This document shows, piece after piece, positions 25,838 through 33,324 of a stretch of 33,324 nucleotides of DNA. Every line of letters begins with the position of its first letter. Positions within the stretch are counted from its first letter, which is position 1. Source of the stretch: a virus. Taxonomy: Duplodnaviria; Caudoviricetes. Both the position numbers and the translations under genes were made by a program. The notes beneath the pieces are model-generated. The model made no database searches, had not been told where the DNA came from, and saw only the letters and a list, made by a program, of their open reading frames with translations. The stretch is taken from the IMG/VR virus record IMGVR_UViG_3300017754_002371, positions 1 through 33,324 of that record; one strand, 5' to 3'.

Positions 25838-25956
25838 AGATTACCGTATTAAAATATTTACCCGCGAATTATCAAATTAATTTACTAAATTTGTGGGATT
25901 TCTTTTTCTTTGCTAATGAGGCAAAGAAGCCACAACCTAAACAGCCTAAAAAGTAA
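25675..25956 (+). CDS. -1 frameshift extension of the tail chaperone (gpGT-like)
   Basis: T TTT TTT at 25675-81; the -1 frame stays open for 93 codons to TAA at 25954-56, next to the tape measure start. Confidence 0.7.
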   Translation, partial: FFFVNANKEISSVFSEVRRHFPDVFGDSGKSRADSTGYSFVTDIRDGIASRERLKITVLKYLPANYQINLLNLWDFFFFANEAKKPQPKQPKK

Positions 25957-25962
25957 TGGCAG

Positions 25963-28257
25963 TTGGAAAACGTAATAATTAAATTCGTTGCAGACACATC
26001 AGGACTTGAGCCCGCGATTAAGCAACTTGAATTACTTGGTAAGATAAGCAAAGATGATGCGGCCGCGTTTGCGCAAGTAAACAATGAGCAAAAGGAATTC
26101 ATTCAAAACTTAAATAAATCCACAACTGAAATGGGCAAACTGTCCAACGAGGTCGATGGGCTTATGGCCGAAATTCAAGCGGGTGTTATGGAGGGATTCG
26201 CAGACCATTTAGCTGAGGTAACGAAAGAAACTAAGCAAGCGGGTGGTGGCTTTAAGTCAATGAAGCAAGAGTTGAAAGAATTAAAGGCGCAGATTAGTAG
26301 TGGGTCATTAGGCGAAAAGGAATTAAGAGAAGCCACAAAACGCGCCGCAGAACTACAAGATAAGATTGGCGATGTCAACGATAAGGTTAAGGCATTAGCG
26401 AGCGACACAAAGCGAATAGATGCGGTTGTAACTGCGTTTAGAGGTATAGCGGCAGCGGCTTCGGTTGCTGCGGGTGCTGCATCATTGTTTGGAAGTGAGA
26501 ACGAGAAGTTAACTAAAACATTAGCGCAAGCCCAAGGCGCGATGGCATTGTTGCAAGGTGTTCAAGAATTAGCAAACATAGCCACAACTGAGGGTGCATT
26601 AAAAACGTTTCTTTTGGATGGGGCGCAAAAAGCGGCAACAATATCATCAGCAATAATGGGTAGAACAATTGCAGCATCAACAGCAGTTGCAACTGGTGGT
26701 ATAAGTTTACTTCTTGCTGGGTTAGCTTACCTAATTATTACTATGGATGATGCGCGTGATAGTGCAACAGACATGAATAAAGCATTAGCAGATGATGCTG
26801 GTGTAAGACAAAAGTCAAACGATAAGTTAATAAGCATGTTAAAAGATGGCTTAGACAAAGAGTTGTTAATGAATAAGCAAGCGCATCAAAGAGAAATAGG
26901 AGAACTTGATAAGAAATTTCGCGCTAAAACATTATCACAAGAAGCCTATCAAGATGCGGTAAGGATTGAAGATGATTTGTTTTTATCTATTCAACAACAA
27001 ACGAGAGATAAGTTTGCAAAGCAAGAAGCCGATGCAGCCAAAGCCCATCAAGAAAAGTTAGTGCAAGATAAAAAGATTGCTAACGATAAAGCATTACAAG
27101 CGCAACTTAGACAGATACGTGATGAGATAGCAGCAAATGAATTATTGATGCGTCAAACAAACGATATTGATGCTAAGATGGGTTATTATGCTGCAATAAC
27201 AAAACTAAAACAAGACCAAGTTAGACTTGATAGTTCATTAACTGCAAATGAAAAGAAATTAGAAATTGCAAACCTTAATGATTCACAACGTGTTTATGAG
27301 GAATCATTTAATAAGCGCACAGAAACAGATATAGAAGCGTTTAATGAAGCAAATGAAATAAAGTTAGAGGATAACTTAAATTGGTGGCAAAAATACTTTG
27401 ATGTTGAAGATGCTTTTTTAGATAAGCAAGAAAGAAAAAATAAAGCAAGAAGAGAAGAGGCTATTAAGGCATACACTGACTTAGCACTTTATTCAGCACA
27501 AACTATTTCCGACACAATATTCACTATTAACCAACAAAATAGAGATGCCGAAACTGCATCGATATTAGAATCACTTAGTGAGCGTAAAGATGCCGAGTTA
27601 GCAAATAAGAATCTAACTGATGCACAACGCTTACAGATTGAGGAAAGATACGCACAACAAGAAGCCGAAATCAAAACACGCGCTTGGGAGGCACAAAAGC
27701 AAGCATCAATAGCGCAAGCAATAATGAATGGAGCTTTAGCAATTACAAATATACTTGCAACAGTTCCAGGAGGCCCATTAAATCCTGCAACCATAGCATC
27801 TTTGGCGGCCGCAGCCATATCAACTGCCGCACAAGTCGCAGTTATTTCAAATACACAACCGCCAAAGTTTGCCGATGGTGGTATGGTAGGCGGTCAACTG
27901 CATTCAAGCGGAGGCACATTGATTGAGGCTGAGCGAGGCGAATACGTAATCAATAGACAATCAACCTCAGATTATTTGCCATCGTTAAAGGTGCTTAATA
28001 GTGGTGAGGTTGAGCCTACATTTGCAAACAATATCTTAACTGCATTAGCCAACGGAACATTTGACCTTGCGGCACAATTTCAAACCAAACAGAGTGCAAG
28101 TAGTGATGGAATAAATTACGATAAGTTAGACCGCATTATGGCAAAGCACAAATCAAATCTTAATGTCAATATTGATGAGCAAGGATTAACAACTTTTTTA
28201 TTGAAAGAAAATAGCCGCGTTGAATTTAGAAACAAAAAAATGAGATACAGAGCATGA
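25963..28257 (+). CDS. Tape measure protein
   Basis: 764 aa Ala-rich helical protein; C-terminal KFADGG...GG..IEAERGEYVIN motif. Confidence 0.88.
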   Translation: MENVIIKFVADTSGLEPAIKQLELLGKISKDDAAAFAQVNNEQKEFIQNLNKSTTEMGKLSNEVDGLMAEIQAGVMEGFADHLAEVTKETKQAGGGFKSMKQELKELKAQISSGSLGEKELREATKRAAELQDKIGDVNDKVKALASDTKRIDAVVTAFRGIAAAASVAAGAASLFGSENEKLTKTLAQAQGAMALLQGVQELANIATTEGALKTFLLDGAQKAATISSAIMGRTIAASTAVATGGISLLLAGLAYLIITMDDARDSATDMNKALADDAGVRQKSNDKLISMLKDGLDKELLMNKQAHQREIGELDKKFRAKTLSQEAYQDAVRIEDDLFLSIQQQTRDKFAKQEADAAKAHQEKLVQDKKIANDKALQAQLRQIRDEIAANELLMRQTNDIDAKMGYYAAITKLKQDQVRLDSSLTANEKKLEIANLNDSQRVYEESFNKRTETDIEAFNEANEIKLEDNLNWWQKYFDVEDAFLDKQERKNKARREEAIKAYTDLALYSAQTISDTIFTINQQNRDAETASILESLSERKDAELANKNLTDAQRLQIEERYAQQEAEIKTRAWEAQKQASIAQAIMNGALAITNILATVPGGPLNPATIASLAAAAISTAAQVAVISNTQPPKFADGGMVGGQLHSSGGTLIEAERGEYVINRQSTSDYLPSLKVLNSGEVEPTFANNILTALANGTFDLAAQFQTKQSASSDGINYDKLDRIMAKHKSNLNVNIDEQGLTTFLLKENSRVEFRNKKMRYRA

Positions 28258-30467
28258 ATTGGAAGTTCACATTAATAGACAGTTCAAGTGTTTCAACGGT
28301 TGTTGAATCGCCAGTTGGGTGGAATGGTATTGGTGGCAACTTAACGCGTAACATTGTGCATCATGGCATCAATATAAACATCTCAACTGATTCATTCGAA
28401 TGGGTTGGTGAGGCTTACGATTTGCTTTACACCGAGTATCAAACTAATGGCGCTAACGGTCAATACCAAGTGCAAATCGATTACGAATGTGCCGAGGGCG
28501 ATGGATATACAAACTACTTTATTGGTGCATTTGACTTTAATACATTTGAAAGACAATGTGCTGATTATTGCTTTATTAAGTTAAGCGTTACAGCATCGAA
28601 GTGCACCGATGTATTTATGAGTAGAATGGGGCAGGATGTTGACATTGAGGCAACAACTAACTTTGATGGGCAAGCGATTACACCACCATTGTTGAGGGTA
28701 TTAAACATTGAGGGGCAAGATATATTGTTGCAAGATAAGGCAAACAATACTGGCCAAACGCATTCTGGTTTTTTTAATACAGTTTCAACGGGCAATAAGT
28801 TTATAGATATACCAGTTTACTTACCTAACAATATTATAAATGAATTTTATTTATTTAATATTAATAATGTAAGTGCAAATTATGTAGCAAAAGCGGGAGG
28901 CGATGATAACTTAGCATTCCCAATGGATTTAATTGATTGGGTAAAACATGGTCAGTTTTTATACATTACTGGCTTTGACAAAAACGATGTTGAAAATTGC
29001 GTTAATGGAAATGAGTTTGTTGTAAATTGGAATGCAAAAGGTACATTTACATTAACATCATCGTATAATGGAAACTTTTCAGTTATATTACGTGTTAACA
29101 AAAGAAATCCATTTACTGGAGCATTAGTTGATTTAGGAACTACTACAATAGCATCAGGCATTACATTAACAAATGGTGTGCCTGCGAGCTTTGCATTTGA
29201 TGAGGGGTTAACGGGCAGCACAGTAATTTTATATGACAATGAATATTTGTTTTTTTACTATCACATAGAAATTTTTAAGTCAACTGCGGGAGGTATAGGT
29301 GTTAATGACCCAACTGATTTTCAAATTGTTTACGAAAATGATACTTACTTTGAGCAAAAAATAGGGTCAGCATGCGAGCCATCAGTTGCCACATCAGTTT
29401 ATTTGCCCGAGTTGTTAAAGTTTCTCCCATCGGCATACATGGATGAGGATTGCCCATCGGTAGTAATGGAAGAGGAGTTGAATCAATGTTTAGATTTTTA
29501 TCAAATAACTAAGGGCTCATTTATTCGCCAAGTAACTGAGCCAAGTGTTCCAAAATTATTTACATCATACGAATATTTATTTGAGCAATGCAGAAAGATA
29601 TTTAACATTGGTTGGGGGTTTGACAACAACGAAACCGAATTAAAGATTGCACGTATTCAAGAGTTTTATAAATCAACAATAGTTGTCGATGTGGGATTAG
29701 TTGACAAAGCTATATTTACAACCGCAAAAGATTTGATTTACGGAACGATAATGGTTGGTTATAACAAGTGGGAAGCCGAGGAGTATAACGGGCTTGATGA
29801 GATGAATACAGAGCGACAATATCGCAGAAACATAGACTCAAATCCAACCGAGTTAGACCTAATGTCTGACCTAATAAGTGCAGGATATACGATTGAAATA
29901 ACACGCAGAAAAAACCAAGCAACAACGGGAACAAGTGACTGGCGCTATGATGATGACTTGTTTATTATTAATGCTAATGTTATTGAGGGCAACTTATATG
30001 CTTACAGAGGTGTTGACAATGGTGCTGCAAACATCTATTCTCCAACTACACGAATGAACTACGTATTAACACCTTTGCGTAACATAATGAGGTGGTTTAA
30101 GTCCATTGTTGCAGCACAACCAACGGTGGCAAATGAGGAATTAATATTCACAAGCGGCACTGGTAATTATATTGCTGAGGGGCAAATGACTGTTTATTGT
30201 CCTGTTGAGGGTGAAGTTATAGCAGAAAATGAAACAATAGACAGCACTAAATTTTCAGATGACTATTACATAACACCAATTTGGAAGACTGAACATGTGA
30301 CCTTTACCGCACCGTTTTCGATGGCAGACTTTGAGGATGTTAAAGTAAATCCTTATGGTGCGATTCGTTTTAGATGCTCAGACACTTACTACATTGGTAA
30401 CATTGTTGAAATCAATCACGATCCGAACGAGGGATTAGCAGAATTTAAACTTTTAATAAGAAGATAA
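28254..30467 (+). CDS. Tail tip / baseplate hub-like structural protein
   Basis: Large beta-rich protein directly after the tape measure. Confidence 0.6.
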   Translation: MNWKFTLIDSSSVSTVVESPVGWNGIGGNLTRNIVHHGININISTDSFEWVGEAYDLLYTEYQTNGANGQYQVQIDYECAEGDGYTNYFIGAFDFNTFERQCADYCFIKLSVTASKCTDVFMSRMGQDVDIEATTNFDGQAITPPLLRVLNIEGQDILLQDKANNTGQTHSGFFNTVSTGNKFIDIPVYLPNNIINEFYLFNINNVSANYVAKAGGDDNLAFPMDLIDWVKHGQFLYITGFDKNDVENCVNGNEFVVNWNAKGTFTLTSSYNGNFSVILRVNKRNPFTGALVDLGTTTIASGITLTNGVPASFAFDEGLTGSTVILYDNEYLFFYYHIEIFKSTAGGIGVNDPTDFQIVYENDTYFEQKIGSACEPSVATSVYLPELLKFLPSAYMDEDCPSVVMEEELNQCLDFYQITKGSFIRQVTEPSVPKLFTSYEYLFEQCRKIFNIGWGFDNNETELKIARIQEFYKSTIVVDVGLVDKAIFTTAKDLIYGTIMVGYNKWEAEEYNGLDEMNTERQYRRNIDSNPTELDLMSDLISAGYTIEITRRKNQATTGTSDWRYDDDLFIINANVIEGNLYAYRGVDNGAANIYSPTTRMNYVLTPLRNIMRWFKSIVAAQPTVANEELIFTSGTGNYIAEGQMTVYCPVEGEVIAENETIDSTKFSDDYYITPIWKTEHVTFTAPFSMADFEDVKVNPYGAIRFRCSDTYYIGNIVEINHDPNEGLAEFKLLIRR

Positions 30468-30468
30468 A

Positions 30469-31344
30469 ATGCCAGTATCAATATTAAACATCCCAAATAG
30501 TTTTGTAACATTTTATGACCTTGGCACAGATGTCGGGCGAAGTGAATATATTACTGATACCGAGTGCGGAATACAAAAAGACTTTTGCTTACCGATTTAT
30601 GAGGTTGGCGATGTTGCTTTTCAAACGCAAATAGTATCGAGTGAGGTTATAAATAGCGTTACTATATACAAGATTCCTAACGGTGGCAGCGCGGTTATTG
30701 TTGCAGATGTAACTACAAACATTGTGACTAATGGAACACAAAGCGGAGTGCCGATTTATAACATTTGGTTTTCGTTTTTGTCATCTGACTTATTAGATAA
30801 CATTTATGATGGCGATTGTTTTCAGTTAGCGTTTGCTTGTGGTGTTGCTGAGCCAAGTTTTTTTATATCCAATCAATGCTTTAAAAAAGTTAACGATAAA
30901 TGTTTGAGCACTAAACTTGAATACATAAACACATCTAACGCTTTTGGGTTTGTTTATAGAGCATTTGGCACGTTTCCAAACATAGCATTGACAATAAATA
31001 GAATCCGCTTACCATTATACTTTAAAGAGCCAAACATTAGCAGCGACAAAACTGTTTACGTTCGACCAGATGGAAGCCGCCAATTATTATCGGCCCGTTT
31101 GGCAAAGCGTTATAAAGGTTATGTCGATGAGGTGCCGGAGGAAGTGCATCAAAACTTAGTCATTGCATTGAATCACGATGGCATTTACTTCACACCGGAA
31201 AACTTTGCAACTCAAATACAAGCACGTTTTGAGGATGAGTATAACAATAATTATCCCGAAATAATGCAGAACGTAAACATTTGGAGCTCAGATTTTACTA
31301 TCTTTGAAACGCCATTTAACAACTTTAACTCTAACTGCGAATGA
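30469..31344 (+). CDS. Tail-associated structural protein
   Basis: Position and beta-rich composition. Confidence 0.5.
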   Translation: MPVSILNIPNSFVTFYDLGTDVGRSEYITDTECGIQKDFCLPIYEVGDVAFQTQIVSSEVINSVTIYKIPNGGSAVIVADVTTNIVTNGTQSGVPIYNIWFSFLSSDLLDNIYDGDCFQLAFACGVAEPSFFISNQCFKKVNDKCLSTKLEYINTSNAFGFVYRAFGTFPNIALTINRIRLPLYFKEPNISSDKTVYVRPDGSRQLLSARLAKRYKGYVDEVPEEVHQNLVIALNHDGIYFTPENFATQIQARFEDEYNNNYPEIMQNVNIWSSDFTIFETPFNNFNSNCE

Positions 31345-32210
31345 CAACTGGAATACTCTTAATCGGAATCGGCCATAAAAACTATGGGTGCATGGCTGCA
31401 AACCTTGCGATGTCATTACGTGCAAACGGTTGTGACTTACCTATAACATTAGTAACGCAAGCCGATACTATCACGCGTTTAGATGAAGATTATAAGGCTT
31501 TGTTTACCGATATAAAAGAAATCCCGTCACATTGCTACACACTTGCCGATAACGAAACGTGTTATATTAAAGCAAAGGCACACATGGATGAGTTAACGCC
31601 TTATGACTATACGTTGTTTATTGATGCCGATGTGATTATGATTAACAATCATTCGATTAATGCAGAGATTGAAAAATTAAATGGAATTGATTTCGCGGTA
31701 AAGAATAGTGGGTTTAAAAACTATGATAGTGATGAGATTACTGCCGATTCAAAGCAATGGGCTAACTTATTAGAAGTAAAAGAGGCGTTCGGATTCACAA
31801 CTGAAAAGATTTGGAATGTTCATAGCGAGTTTATATGGTGGAAAAAAGGCCATCCATTGTTTGCAAAGTGGGTAGAAAACTTTGAAAACATACGTGTAAA
31901 AAACATTGAGTTTGCTGGATGCATACCCGATGAGTTACCGTTATGGATTGCAATGTGTCAGTTAGGTATTGACTGCCATGAAGAAATGTATCACCCTACT
32001 TTTTGGCCAATGGATTCAACTAAAACAATGCGATTAAAGGATTTAAAAGATGACTATTGTGGCATATCTATTGGAGGTAACCGAATAAGTGAAGTGCAAT
32101 TAACAATCTATAACAACCTTGTGCAAATTCATGCATTAAGAATGAATATGCGATATAAATTTTTACAACAGCCTAAAAGAAGATGGGCTCCAGAACGCCA
32201 TACTTATTAA
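31341..32210 (+). CDS. GT-A fold glycosyltransferase (GT8 / nucleotide-diphospho-sugar transferase-like)
   Basis: A.NLAMSLR, PITLVT, TPYDYTLFIDAD (DxD) and PDELPL. Confidence 0.75.
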   Translation: MTTGILLIGIGHKNYGCMAANLAMSLRANGCDLPITLVTQADTITRLDEDYKALFTDIKEIPSHCYTLADNETCYIKAKAHMDELTPYDYTLFIDADVIMINNHSINAEIEKLNGIDFAVKNSGFKNYDSDEITADSKQWANLLEVKEAFGFTTEKIWNVHSEFIWWKKGHPLFAKWVENFENIRVKNIEFAGCIPDELPLWIAMCQLGIDCHEEMYHPTFWPMDSTKTMRLKDLKDDYCGISIGGNRISEVQLTIYNNLVQIHALRMNMRYKFLQQPKRRWAPERHTY

Positions 32211-33324
32211 ATGGAAACCGAAAACAAATACATTATTATTGATGCCGATATCGTTGCCGATGTCGCACGTAATCCACATATTGAGGATGAAGAGTATGTT
32301 AACTTTCAATACTATTCTGATGGAAAATATCCGCGTAAATTAATCGATGAGGTAAGACCTAACGAACACATAATCGTAAAGGAGTATCGTAAAAAAACTT
32401 ATGAGGCGGTTTTTAGCGAAGTTTATGATCGCGTTTTAAATGCACTAAATAAAATACAACGTGCGGATGGATTCTTTTTAAAGTTTCCCGACACGCAATA
32501 TCCACGAATTGCCAAAGATGAGGACTTAAAAACATACCTCACAAAAAACTTTACCGCTTCCAAGTCCTTAATGAATTGGGCTTTTCAAGTTGGTTTAAAA
32601 CAATATACAATCGATGCTAATGGTGTTATTATTGTGTGGGCAGAACAAGCTGAGCCAACTGAATATAAGAAGCCGAAACCTTACGTAATTAATTCAAGTA
32701 GCATTGTTTACCATTACGAGGGCAATTCGATTGTCTATAAAGATGATGACAATGGCAATGTATATTATTCAATTGATAAGATTAGTTGGTCAAAGTGGCG
32801 CAAGAAAAAGAAAGGCAACGGTTTTGATTTAGTTGAGGAAACATTTCATGGCCTTGGTGTATTCCCTGGCTTTACAATCGGTGGTGTTGTAGAAGAGGAA
32901 GAGGAACTTGGCCGCGAATATCAAAGCAGATTAAAGGCAATGCTCCCATGGTTAAACGTGGCAACGGTTGAGTTTAGTGATTTACGTGCTGAAATAACGC
33001 AACACATACATTCAACTGTTTGGATTTACCAAGATGAGCAATGTAAGTCATGCAACGGTCAAGGGTTTACGTTTACAAAAGAGCAAGAGCGTGTGCCATG
33101 TACGAATAGCAAGTGTAAGGATGGGCAGATACCGACATCGCCTTACGAAACTATACGTGTAAGGCCTGCGAAAACAACGATGGGAGAAGTGCCAGCACCG
33201 ACTCCACCGATGGGCTACATTCAAAAACAAACCGAGATTGCAGAGTTGCAGGATAGGAGGATAAACGAAATGCGCTATCGTTCACTTGCCGCAGTAAACA
33301 TGCAGTTTTTGGAGGTACAACCAA
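32211..33324 (+). CDS. Portal protein, N-terminal part (METENKYIII...; runs off the end, missing from ORF track)
   Basis: Frame is open from ATG 32211 to the window end and in frame with the overlap at position 1; contains CKSCNGQG...CTNSKCKDG. Confidence 0.8.
   Translation, partial: METENKYIIIDADIVADVARNPHIEDEEYVNFQYYSDGKYPRKLIDEVRPNEHIIVKEYRKKTYEAVFSEVYDRVLNALNKIQRADGFFLKFPDTQYPRIAKDEDLKTYLTKNFTASKSLMNWAFQVGLKQYTIDANGVIIVWAEQAEPTEYKKPKPYVINSSSIVYHYEGNSIVYKDDDNGNVYYSIDKISWSKWRKKKKGNGFDLVEETFHGLGVFPGFTIGGVVEEEEELGREYQSRLKAMLPWLNVATVEFSDLRAEITQHIHSTVWIYQDEQCKSCNGQGFTFTKEQERVPCTNSKCKDGQIPTSPYETIRVRPAKTTMGEVPAPTPPMGYIQKQTEIAELQDRRINEMRYRSLAAVNMQFLEVQP
33201..33324 (+). repeat. Imperfect terminal direct repeat, copy 2
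   Basis: Matches 1-124 with mostly synonymous differences. Confidence 0.95.

Larger units (their letters stand above)
1..33324. mobile_element. Near-complete circularly permuted tailed phage genome (siphovirus-like, probable Bacteroidota host)
   Basis: Terminase, portal, capsid, tape measure with frameshifted chaperone, endolysin and primase/helicase are all present; the ends overlap within the portal gene; Bacteroidota-type promoters. Confidence 0.93.

Noticed and set aside
1-33324. Stop-codon reassignment, tRNA genes or an integration module
   Set aside because: Genes are intact and densely packed in the standard code, with TAA and TGA stops at gene junctions; no cloverleaf, integrase or att-like context was recognised by eye.

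Overview
The window is an essentially complete (~33.2 kb, circularly permuted) tailed-phage genome, most likely a siphovirus of a Bacteroidota host. Host evidence: repeated TTTG-N19-TAnnTTTG promoters, A-rich translation starts without Shine-Dalgarno motifs, DUF3127 and BT4734/VirE-type genes. The contig opens inside the portal gene (32211-33324 joined to 1-960), and the two ends overlap imperfectly (21 differences in 124 nt). Layout: head, neck, two paralogous tail-tube-like genes, tail fibre and small membrane proteins (+, 1-9650); a leftward arm mixing lysis genes with small accessory genes (-, 9724-13007); back-to-back divergent promoters; an early/recombination/replication arm with a likely iteron origin (+, 13120-21005); terminase, a glycosyltransferase/methyltransferase cassette, frameshifted tail chaperone, tape measure, tail proteins and a third glycosyltransferase (+, 21022-32210). 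I recognised no integrase, CI-type repressor, DNA polymerase, reverse transcriptase, tRNA or CRISPR array. The most notable signals are non-coding. First, a predicted ~55-nt sRNA (-, ~9706-9648) has its own promoter and terminator and is complementary to the start regions of four early genes. Second, a promoter-led two-hairpin RNA (16956-17050) has loops that are 8-nt complementary and sits in front of the replication genes. Also notable: a possible virion-glycosylation system, Cys-rich virion proteins and a DnaJ-type Zn finger inside the portal. All assignments come from manual motif recognition and gene context; no database search was run.
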